A stretch of DNA of 64,000 nt from Clostridia bacterium (GCA_045591175.1 JAZNSI010000062.1:5983-69982); one strand, 5' to 3'. Shown: positions 44,521 to 52,361, numbered from the stretch's first letter. Program-made: numbers and translations. The notes: a model not told the origin generated them from the sequence alone.

Positions 44521-46365
44521 TCAGTTGCCCACAGCCTGCTGTTCCTGGGTCAGCTGCCACTTCATGGCTGCCTCGCCGCGCACGTACTCATTGCACATGG
44601 CATAACCGTAGCTCTTGCACTGGTTGCGCATGTTCATCAGGTGCATGTTGAACTCGCCGTCCGCCTTGGCAAAGATGGCGCGCCAGCTGTTGGTGGTAAT
44701 GGCCTTGGCACACTGATCCCACTTGACCTTCAGCTCGTCGGTCTTGGGGGACTCGGCGTAGGGCAGGTCGGGCATCACGGTGTAGCGGTTGATGGCCTCG
44801 AAGTACTGGTCGCACAGGGAAATGGGCGTATCGGAAGACACGGTGGAGGCAGCCCAGTTGCGCCAGTCTTCCTGGATCGCGTAGGACGCAGCAGCCTGCT
44901 CGGACACCCAGTAATCCTTGTTGAAGGCCTCGCCCAGCTTGCCGTCGGGGTTCACCATGTCGCGGGACAGGGTGGTATTGTTGATCTGCAGGAAGCCGTC
45001 GTTCATGGTGCCGGACAGAGTGTACTGCTTGCCGGTGTAGGGAGAAGTCCACACGATGCCGTTCATGTCGTACTTGGAGTCGATGCTGGTCTTCTTGCCC
45101 AGCTCGGTGAAGTACATGCCGCCATCCTCATTGTAGTCCCAGGTGAGGCCGCGGGGGCCGTACCACATGGTCATGGAGCCTTCGGGGGTGGAGAGGAAGT
45201 CCATGATGGCCAGGCAGAGCTCGGGGTACGCGGTATAAGCGCCGACGGACCAGACACGGTTGCCGCCCAGGGTGGACATGCCGTACACGATGGGGTTGGC
45301 CTCATCGGGCACGCGGGCGTACATCATCTTGCCGGCCTCCAGGTGTTCCTGGGTATTGAAGGCAGCAGAGGACGCATAGTTGAAGATGCCCCAGTACACG
45401 CCGCCATTCTTGACCTTGGTACCCATCTCGTCGTAGGTCTGGGTCATGGAGTTGGGATCCAGCAGACCTTCGCGGTAGAGCTTGTTGAAGAACCTGAGCA
45501 TCTCGATGTAGGGGGTATCATTGTTGGGCTGAGCCAGGGCAGCGCCGGTCGCAGGATCGTACAGGCCCAGGCAGTCGTAGTACTCGCCGTTGGTGGGGTT
45601 GTACAGACCAAAGCCCAGCTCGTCATAGCCGTAGTAAGCGGTTGCCATGGCCTTGACGTACATGACCATGTTGCCGTCCCAGTCAGGCCAAAGGGAAGCA
45701 GCATAGGCCTCGTTACCCAGTTCGTCAGTGGGGCAGATTTCCTTCATCTGCTTGAAGACCTCGATCAGATCATCCAGGTCCTTGATTTCCGGGTAGCCCA
45801 GCTGCTTGTACAGATCCCAGCGCAGGTCCCAGGAATACATGAAGGACTGATGGCTGCCGCGCTCCAGGGCCACGTTGAAGCCGTAGCCGTAGCAGTTGCC
45901 GTCGCCGGAGATGCTGCGGTTGGTGGCCAGGGCGTCGCCGTAGTTGGCAGCCACGTAGGGCGCATAGAGCTCGACGTAGGAGTGCTCGTCATCATAGAGC
46001 TCGTCCCAGTTCAGGAGCATGCCCTTTTCGACGGCCTGCTTGTAGTCCGCGCCATTGTCGCCCCAGACGACCAGGTCGCCCAGGCTGCCGGATTCCATAC
46101 GGGTCTCGTAGGTGCCGTCCATGTCGGGGATGATGACGACCTCAACATTGAACAGATCCTTGAGCAGCGCGGCGCTCCAGCCGGTCTGCAGGCCGTTGTA
46201 GTTGGCCAGCTGGCTGTAGACTTCCAGCTTGATGGTCTCACCGTCCTGGGGGAAGATGTCGTAGATGTCGCTGGTAACGGTGTAGTAAGGGATGTCCTCC
46301 GCCAGGGCGGAAACGCAGCCCAGCAGCACAGCCAGTGCCAGCATGAGGGAAACGAGCTTCTTCAT
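44521..46365 (-). CDS. ABC transporter substrate-binding lipoprotein (large LplA-type sugar binder)
   Basis: MKKLVSLMLALAVLLGC lipobox (LLGC); 614 aa extracellular solute-binding fold; AAAGGAG before ATG 46365; track start 46575 lies in a repeat element. Confidence 0.85.
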   Translation of the reverse strand: MKKLVSLMLALAVLLGCVSALAEDIPYYTVTSDIYDIFPQDGETIKLEVYSQLANYNGLQTGWSAALLKDLFNVEVVIIPDMDGTYETRMESGSLGDLVVWGDNGADYKQAVEKGMLLNWDELYDDEHSYVELYAPYVAANYGDALATNRSISGDGNCYGYGFNVALERGSHQSFMYSWDLRWDLYKQLGYPEIKDLDDLIEVFKQMKEICPTDELGNEAYAASLWPDWDGNMVMYVKAMATAYYGYDELGFGLYNPTNGEYYDCLGLYDPATGAALAQPNNDTPYIEMLRFFNKLYREGLLDPNSMTQTYDEMGTKVKNGGVYWGIFNYASSAAFNTQEHLEAGKMMYARVPDEANPIVYGMSTLGGNRVWSVGAYTAYPELCLAIMDFLSTPEGSMTMWYGPRGLTWDYNEDGGMYFTELGKKTSIDSKYDMNGIVWTSPYTGKQYTLSGTMNDGFLQINNTTLSRDMVNPDGKLGEAFNKDYWVSEQAAASYAIQEDWRNWAASTVSSDTPISLCDQYFEAINRYTVMPDLPYAESPKTDELKVKWDQCAKAITTNSWRAIFAKADGEFNMHLMNMRNQCKSYGYAMCNEYVRGEAAMKWQLTQEQQAVGN

Positions 46366-46394
46366 GGGGTTGTTCTCCTTTCGGGGATGTATTT

Positions 46395-46608
46395 TGAGGT
46401 CAACGACCAATGGGAACGAGATCATTGAGTGGGGGTAATGCCCTCGGAGAGGGTGCCTTTGGGACAGTCCCCCAGCCACGCACTGCCATGTAGCCCGGCC
46501 GATGAGTGGCCGGCAAGTCAACTCCAGGCTGCGCACCAACTGCCACGCGGGTACAGCTGAACCGAAGGCGCACAACCCGATCGCGAGATGCCCGCGGGGG
46601 CTCCCCGC
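46395..46608. repeat. Mosaic repeat copy between permease 2 and SBP genes
   Basis: GCCCGGCCGATGaGTGGCCGG..CAACTCC (cf. 16678-16710), GGGCTACATGGC (cf. 40440-40451), GATCGCGAgATG (cf. 16764-16775). Confidence 0.7.
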
Positions 46609-47526
46609 TTAGCCTTTGACGGCGCCGAGCATGATGCCCTTGACGAAGAAACGCTGCATGAAGGGATAAACCAGCAGGATGGGAATGATGGACACCATAG
46701 AAACGGTGTACTTGATAACGCGGGCGTTGAGCATGTTCTGGGCCGCCTGAGTGGAAAGGCCACCGGAGCCGGACACCAGAGCGCCCAGGTTGGAGGAGGA
46801 GTTCAGGTACACGTACAGACGGTGCTGCAGGGTGTACAGGTGGGTCTGCTTGTTCATCAGCAGCAGGGAGTCCTGGAAGGAGTTCCAGTTGCCCACCGCG
46901 CCGAAGATGGCAATGGTGGCCAGGATCGGGACGGACAGGGGCAGGATGATCTTCACGAACACCTGGGGCGTGCTGGCGCCGTCAATGACCGCACTTTCCT
47001 CCAGGGAGGCAGGAATGGACTCGATGTAAGTCTTCACCAGAATGATGTTGTAGGGCGCGATCATGCCCGGCAGGATGTACGCCAGGAAATTCTCCGTCAG
47101 GCCCAGCATCAGCATGTTCATGTACCAGGGGATCAGGCCGGCGTTGAAGTACATGGTGATCACCAGCAGGCGGTACATGAGGGAGCGGCGGTACATCTTC
47201 TGCTTGGTCACCAGGTAGCCCGCCCAGGCGGACACGATGACCATCAGCGCCGTACCGATGATGGAGCGCGCCACCGTCACCAGGACGGAGGAACCCAGAT
47301 CAGCCACGTCCTTCAGGGCGATGTAGTTCTGGAAATGCACGCCGACAGGGAAGAAATTGACCTTGCCGGACACCACCGCGTCATTGGCGGAAATGGTGTT
47401 GATGAACAGGTAGTAGAACGGGAACACGCACAGGAGCGTGAACAGGCCGAAGAAAATATACAGGCTGGTTTCAAAGATGATATCACCCGGGGTACGGGCA
47501 ATGTGGTTGCGAATCTTCTTGCTCAT
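46609..47526 (-). CDS. Carbohydrate ABC transporter permease (LplC-type)
   Basis: 305 aa, 6 TM, EAA-type loop (ESIPASLEESAVIDGAS). Confidence 0.9.
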   Translation of the reverse strand: MSKKIRNHIARTPGDIIFETSLYIFFGLFTLLCVFPFYYLFINTISANDAVVSGKVNFFPVGVHFQNYIALKDVADLGSSVLVTVARSIIGTALMVIVSAWAGYLVTKQKMYRRSLMYRLLVITMYFNAGLIPWYMNMLMLGLTENFLAYILPGMIAPYNIILVKTYIESIPASLEESAVIDGASTPQVFVKIILPLSVPILATIAIFGAVGNWNSFQDSLLLMNKQTHLYTLQHRLYVYLNSSSNLGALVSGSGGLSTQAAQNMLNARVIKYTVSMVSIIPILLVYPFMQRFFVKGIMLGAVKG

Positions 47527-47539
47527 CTCACTGCCCTCC

Positions 47540-49024
47540 TTAAATGATGCTTTCGCCGCGGACGAGCTTGGAAATACCGTTCGCGCCGAAGAGCAGCGTC
47601 ACGCCGATGAGGGACTTGAAGATACCCACCACCGTGGACAGCGGGATCAGGCCGGACTTGATGCCGATGTTGTACACATACAGGTCCAGCACCTCGATGA
47701 CGTCCTTGTTGATGGCGTTTTCAAACACCAGGTACTGCTCCATGCCGTTGGACAGCATGCCCGCGATGGACATCAGCAGCATGACCATGTAGGTGGGGAT
47801 CAGGCCGGGGATGGTGATGTGCCGGATGCAGTGGAAACGGTTGGCGCCGTCCACCTTGGCGGCCTCGTAAAGCTGCTGGTCGATACCGGCAATACCCGCG
47901 ATGTACACGATGGCGCTCCAGCCCAGGCCCTTCCAGGTGCCCCACAGGAGCATCTTCACCCAGATCCAGTCAGCGCTGGCGAGGTAGTCGGTATTGGCAC
48001 CGGTCACCCCGCACACATTGCGCAGGAAGGAGTTGATGAAGCCGTCGGTAGAGAAGATGGCGAAGGCGATGGCGTACACCAGCACCCAGGAAATGAAGTT
48101 GGGGATGGTGGTCAGCGTCTGCACCACGCGCTGGAACTTGGAGGAGCGGACCTCCGCCAGCAGCACCGCAAAGGCGATGGGCAGCCAGCTGGTGGCGATA
48201 CCCAGACCGGACATGATCAGGGTATTGCGCAGCACACGCACCAGGTCGGCGCGGGTGGCGGCATTCTCAAACAGATAGGTGAACCATTTCAGGCCCGTGA
48301 AATTCTCCGCCGAAAGGGTGTCGCCCACCTTATAGTCGAAGAAGGCGAAGCGCCAGCCGTAAATGGGCAGATAACAGAAGACGAAGGTCAGCAGTAGCAC
48401 GGGCAGGAACATCAGCAGGAGGCGGAATTTCTCTTCCATCTCCATCTTGTCCTCCACCTCGCGGGGCAGCACAAAGCGGGTTACCAGGGACAGCACCATC
48501 ACCAGCACCGCGCCCACGCCAAAGATGTTCAATCCGCCGGGCAGCATGGGCTGCAGGCGCTTCATGGCCTGTGCGCTGGCTGCAGCAGCTGTCTGCAGCA
48601 GGGTGTAGGAGTAGTAGATCGCGCCCAGGCCCAGCAGCACCGTCACAGCGCCTGCCACGGGCAGCCACAGGCCGCGGCGCTTCATGCGGTTGTTGCCCAG
48701 GCTCATGCAGGCGCCCGCGGCGCATACCACGATACCCAGCAGCACCAGCGCAGCGCCCGCCATCAGCACATAGAAGTTCCAGGGCTCCACCATACCGCGG
48801 CGCAGCGGGTAGGCCATGGTGTTGGTGATCGTGGCGTAGCTGGTGGCCGTGGTGAACAGCGATGCATTGCTGTTGATCAGCTCAGACACGCGGCCGGGGT
48901 TGAGGGTCGGGAAAAACACCATCAGGCCGAAGATGGTGATGACCGTGCGGGTCAGCCACAGCAGCCAGCGGCCAGCCTTGCCCGGCTGGATCGCAGCGCC
49001 CTGCGGAAGAAGCGTTTTCTGCAT
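47540..49024 (-). CDS. Carbohydrate ABC transporter permease (LplB-type) with ~190-aa four-TM N-terminal extension
   Basis: C-terminal ~300 aa typical permease (QQLYEAAKVDGANRF EAA loop); extra N-terminal helices; AAGGGGAG before ATG 49024. Confidence 0.85.
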   Translation of the reverse strand: MQKTLLPQGAAIQPGKAGRWLLWLTRTVITIFGLMVFFPTLNPGRVSELINSNASLFTTATSYATITNTMAYPLRRGMVEPWNFYVLMAGAALVLLGIVVCAAGACMSLGNNRMKRRGLWLPVAGAVTVLLGLGAIYYSYTLLQTAAAASAQAMKRLQPMLPGGLNIFGVGAVLVMVLSLVTRFVLPREVEDKMEMEEKFRLLLMFLPVLLLTFVFCYLPIYGWRFAFFDYKVGDTLSAENFTGLKWFTYLFENAATRADLVRVLRNTLIMSGLGIATSWLPIAFAVLLAEVRSSKFQRVVQTLTTIPNFISWVLVYAIAFAIFSTDGFINSFLRNVCGVTGANTDYLASADWIWVKMLLWGTWKGLGWSAIVYIAGIAGIDQQLYEAAKVDGANRFHCIRHITIPGLIPTYMVMLLMSIAGMLSNGMEQYLVFENAINKDVIEVLDLYVYNIGIKSGLIPLSTVVGIFKSLIGVTLLFGANGISKLVRGESII

Positions 49025-49051
49025 ATCATACTCCCCTTTTGTGAACATTGG

Positions 49052-49135
49052 GTGCGCTGATGAAGCGGCGAAGGCAAGCCCGTGCACCTCATCAGCACAC
49101 CCCGAGGGGCATCCGCCGAAAACGGCGGATGCCCC
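49052..49135 (-). other. Two strong GC hairpins without T tails between the four-repeat gene and permease 1
   Basis: 12-bp perfect stem GGGGCATCCGCC/GGCGGATGCCCC (49106-49135) and 10-bp bulged stem GTGC(G)CTGATGA/TCATCAGCAC (49052-49098). Confidence 0.6.
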
Positions 49136-49154
49136 GGGAATATCAGCGTTTCAA

Positions 49155-51158
49155 TTACTGAGCCAGGCCGTTCACGGTGAAGGTGAACACGACCTTGGTG
49201 TTGGGGCCGGGCAGGGTGTAGCCGAAGCCGGCGTCCAGCTTGTTGTACTCGTCGGTGACAACGATCTTCAGCCAATCGCCCTCGGAGTGGATGATCAGGC
49301 CTTCCTGGGTCTTGCCTTCGCCGATCTTCACCTTCGCGTCGGTGATGGTGACATGGCCCTCAGCAACCAGACGGGCGGGGATATCGGTGGCAACGCGGAA
49401 GTAACGGAAGAAGCTGTCGGTGCCGAAGCCCATATCGCCGGTGGTCATGGTCACGGTGTAGGTGCCATTGCCGGTGATGGTGGCATCCTCGAACACGCCG
49501 CCGTAATCCACAGCGTTATTCTCGGCATCCCAGCCGGTCAGGCGGGTGAAGAACTCAGCCTGCTCGCCGTCGCGGCCGTAGGTAGCGTCTTCGAAGTCAT
49601 TGCGGAAGATGTAGTTCTCGGACTGGACAGCCACATAGCCGTGGTACTCAGCGCTCAGCATGGCGTTCAGTTCTTCCTCGGTCAGAGGAGCGGGGCCTTC
49701 AGCAGCCGGGGGCTCGCCGTAGATGAAGTCGAAGGTGACCTCGATGGAGGACACGTTGGACAGGGCTTCCTTGGTGGCGATCATGGCGGTGGCGCCTTCC
49801 AGGTTGCCGTCAGCGATACGGGCCTGTTCGGGCAGCTCGGTCACCCATTCGTTCCAGATGTTGGAGCGGGTGGTCACGCCTTCGTCGGAAGTGGTGAAAT
49901 CCTTGGCGATCTCGATGGCTTCGCCGTTGATCTTGATCTCGGTGATGTCCATGAAGTAGCCGGGGAAGTTCAGCTCGCCCTTAGCGATGCCGGCAGCCAG
50001 GAAGGCGAAGCCAGGCAGGGGCTCGGCGAAGTCCAGAGCCAGCTTGTAGGTGCCGGGGCCCTCGATCTTCACAGCGTTGGTCTCGGCATACTCGCCGGGA
50101 TTCCAGGCAGAAGCAGCCCAGTTGGAATCAGCAAACATCAGGAAGGCGGTATCGGTCACGGGGATCAGGGAGAAGTCGATCTCGATGGTCTGGACCTCAG
50201 CCAGCAGATCCTTGGCGATGACGATGGGGGAAGCATCCTCGGTCACGCCGTCCCAGGAACGGGCGTCAGCAGGCACGTCGGTGACCCACTCGTTCATCAG
50301 GTTCATGCGGGTCTCGAGGCCGTCGTCAGAAGAGGTGTAGCCCTTGGCGAGTTCGACGGCAGCGCCATTGACGCGCACTTCGTTCAGCTTGATCATCATG
50401 CCGGGGAAGAGGGTTTCGCCGTGCTTGATGCCCAGGGCCGCGAAGGCAACGCCGGAAGCCTTGCCGGCCTCGGTGGCAGTGAAGTCCAGGCCAACGGTGT
50501 AGTCACCGGCGCCGGTCACGGTCGCGTTCTTGGCGGTCACGGGGTACTCGTTGCCGTCCAGCCAGTACTGCTGGGCCCAGGCAGCGTCAGCGTACATGAT
50601 GTAGGCGGTGTCGATGCCGTACTTGATGAAGGAGAAGTCGACCTCGAAGGAAGACACAGAGGCGAAATCTTCCTTGTTGACGATCATCCAGCTGGCGTCA
50701 GCCAGATCGCCGTCCCAGGAACGGGCGTCGGCAGGCAGCTCGCTGACCCACTCGTTGAAGATGTTCATACGGGTCACGATGCCGTCGTCAGAAGAGGTGT
50801 AGCCCTTCTTGGCCTCGATGGCCTGGCCGTTGACGCGGATCTCGTTGATGCGGATCTTCCAGCCGGGGAAGACGTTCTCGCCGTCAGCGATGCCCAGCGC
50901 GGTGAAGGCAACGCCCTCAGCGGGGGTCTCGAAGGCCAGACCGACGGTGTAATCACCCTCGCCGGTGATAGTGGCTTCGGTCACGGTCATGCCCGCAGGC
51001 GTCTCGCCGGCGTTCCACACCTGATTGACCCAGGCGGCGTCAGCGAACATCAGGAAGGCCTGCGTGGTGGGAGCTGCTTCTTCTGCCATGGCAGGCACGA
51101 GGCCCAGCACCATGCACAGCGCCAGCAGCATCGACAGGAGCTTGGTCATGTTCTTCAT
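49155..51158 (-). CDS. Secreted four-repeat protein of unknown function (possible glycan-binding modules)
   Basis: Signal peptide MKNMTKLLSMLLALCMVLGLVPAMA; three ~150-aa repeats (F/YxM(F/Y)AD..W..TGxGDYTVGL..FPG..NE(I/V)(R/K)(V/I)NG..TSSD(D/E)G..NEWV..AR) plus divergent fourth; GGAGG before ATG 51158. Confidence 0.75.
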   Translation of the reverse strand: MKNMTKLLSMLLALCMVLGLVPAMAEEAAPTTQAFLMFADAAWVNQVWNAGETPAGMTVTEATITGEGDYTVGLAFETPAEGVAFTALGIADGENVFPGWKIRINEIRVNGQAIEAKKGYTSSDDGIVTRMNIFNEWVSELPADARSWDGDLADASWMIVNKEDFASVSSFEVDFSFIKYGIDTAYIMYADAAWAQQYWLDGNEYPVTAKNATVTGAGDYTVGLDFTATEAGKASGVAFAALGIKHGETLFPGMMIKLNEVRVNGAAVELAKGYTSSDDGLETRMNLMNEWVTDVPADARSWDGVTEDASPIVIAKDLLAEVQTIEIDFSLIPVTDTAFLMFADSNWAASAWNPGEYAETNAVKIEGPGTYKLALDFAEPLPGFAFLAAGIAKGELNFPGYFMDITEIKINGEAIEIAKDFTTSDEGVTTRSNIWNEWVTELPEQARIADGNLEGATAMIATKEALSNVSSIEVTFDFIYGEPPAAEGPAPLTEEELNAMLSAEYHGYVAVQSENYIFRNDFEDATYGRDGEQAEFFTRLTGWDAENNAVDYGGVFEDATITGNGTYTVTMTTGDMGFGTDSFFRYFRVATDIPARLVAEGHVTITDAKVKIGEGKTQEGLIIHSEGDWLKIVVTDEYNKLDAGFGYTLPGPNTKVVFTFTVNGLAQ
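49719..51062 (-). repeat. Three tandem ~450-nt coding repeats inside the four-repeat protein gene
   Basis: Protein-level repeats Q83-D233, T234-D386, T387-Y530 of the track ORF. Confidence 0.8.
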
Positions 51159-51195
51159 TTGGTTTTCCTCCTTACAATATGGATCGCGCCCGAGG

Positions 51196-51209
51196 GAAAA
51201 CGTTTTAGA
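51196..51209. promoter_or_regulatory. 14-bp palindromic operator candidate in leader of four-repeat/ABC operon
   Basis: GAAAACGTTTTAGA, identical to reverse complement of 9343-9356; 37 nt upstream of start codon. Confidence 0.55.
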
Positions 51210-51251
51210 CGCAAGGCCCAGTTCTCCCCTCGAAACGATCCGGTTGCTCAC

Positions 51252-51280
51252 ATCATAGCCCAAAATGGTCATTTTGTCAA
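51252..51280 (-). promoter_or_regulatory. Promoter of four-repeat protein/ABC operon
   Basis: Minus strand TTGACA-17 nt-TATGAT. Confidence 0.6.
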
Positions 51281-51330
51281 TAATTATAGTCATTTTTTGA
51301 TCACACATCTCAAAAGCAGAATAATTCCCG

Positions 51331-51362
51331 CAAAAAACTCCCCGCCGGGATGGCAGGGAGTC
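51331..51362 (-). terminator. Terminator after FMN-binding gene
   Basis: Minus strand ACTCCC..GGGAGT stem then TTTTTT. Confidence 0.7.
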
Positions 51363-51382
51363 AAATATTCTGTTGCTTCTTT

Positions 51383-52255
51383 TTACTCCGCGAAGAGGCT
51401 GTTGATGGCCTCCAGCACGGCGTTGGAAGTGTTCGTCGCACCAGACACCGCATCCACCTCAGCGAAGGGGCCCTTCTTGCCGATAAACTGGCTCAGGAAG
51501 GCATTGCCGGCGCAGGGCTTGGCAAGCACAGTCTCGCCGGAGCAATCCACGGCAATGTCCGTGATGACGCCTTCCGCGTCCAGCGTCACAGTCACCACCA
51601 CGTCGGAGAACATGCCCTTGGCAGAAGCAGTCAGCACAACAGGCTCGGCTTCCGCAGCAGGTTCTTCCACGGGCACTTCTTCAACGGGCGCTTCTTCAAC
51701 GGGTTCTTCCTCCGCGGCAGCTTCCTTGGCCAGCAGCGCCTCCTGCGCCTGGGCCAGCTCCTCCTTGACGGTCGCCAGCTCAGCCTGGGCAGCCGTCAGT
51801 TCCGCAGCGATCTGCTCCTTCTCGGCGGTCAGGGTCGCAATGGCGGCTTCCTGCTCGGCGGCCTTGGCAGCGGCAGCTTCCGCGTCGGCGGTCAGGGTCG
51901 CAATGGTGGCTTCCTGCTCGGCAGCCTTGGCAGCAGCAGCCTCCGCATCAGCGGTCAGGGTCGCGATGGTGGCTTCCTGCTCGGCGGACTTGATCGCGGC
52001 AGCTTCCAGATCGGTCGCGGCAGCCTCATTCTGGGCGGTCAGCGCAGCCACATTGCCCTCCAGCTCCGCACCCTTGGCGGAGGCAGCGGACAGCTCGCCG
52101 TTCAGCGTCTCCACGGTACCCTGGCTGGCGGCCAGCTCAGCTTCCAGCGCGGCGACCTCGTTATCCAGTTCGCCCTTCTGCACGCCCAGCACCACCAGCA
52201 CCACAGCGGCGATCACCAACAGCACGGAAAGAACAAGCACGACTTTTTTCTGCAT
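51383..52255 (-). CDS. Membrane-anchored coiled-coil protein with C-terminal FMN-binding (FMN_bind) domain
   Basis: N-terminal TM, Ala/Glu-rich heptad region with 21-aa repeats, C-terminal ..VTVTLDAEGVITDIAV..VDAVSGATNTSNAV (flavinylation-type SGAT motif); AAGGAGG before ATG 52255. Confidence 0.75.
   Translation of the reverse strand: MQKKVVLVLSVLLVIAAVVLVVLGVQKGELDNEVAALEAELAASQGTVETLNGELSAASAKGAELEGNVAALTAQNEAAATDLEAAAIKSAEQEATIATLTADAEAAAAKAAEQEATIATLTADAEAAAAKAAEQEAAIATLTAEKEQIAAELTAAQAELATVKEELAQAQEALLAKEAAAEEEPVEEAPVEEVPVEEPAAEAEPVVLTASAKGMFSDVVVTVTLDAEGVITDIAVDCSGETVLAKPCAGNAFLSQFIGKKGPFAEVDAVSGATNTSNAVLEAINSLFAE
51827..52015 (-). repeat. 63-nt tandem repeat x3 inside FMN-binding protein gene
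   Basis: Units start at 51827, 51890, 51953 (GGTCAGGGTCGCAATGG..); encode AEQEATIATLTADAEAAAAKA. Confidence 0.85.
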
Positions 52256-52332
52256 AGTATTCTCCTCCTTATGATGCGGACCGCCCTTCACTCTGGATAC
52301 ACTCCACCCTTGAAAACGATCCTGTTGTGCAT

Positions 52333-52361
52333 ATCATATCTGTTTTTTTCCAGATTGTCAA
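52333..52361 (-). promoter_or_regulatory. Promoter of FMN-binding stalk protein gene
   Basis: Minus strand TTGACA-17 nt-TATGAT, same boxes as 51252-51280. Confidence 0.6.

Noticed and set aside
51090-51158. A possible lipobox (LLALC) in the four-repeat protein.
   Set aside because: Leu at position -1 violates the [LVI][ASTVI][GAS]C rule, and the AMA-EE site fits signal peptidase I better. By contrast the SBP (LLGC) is a convincing lipoprotein.
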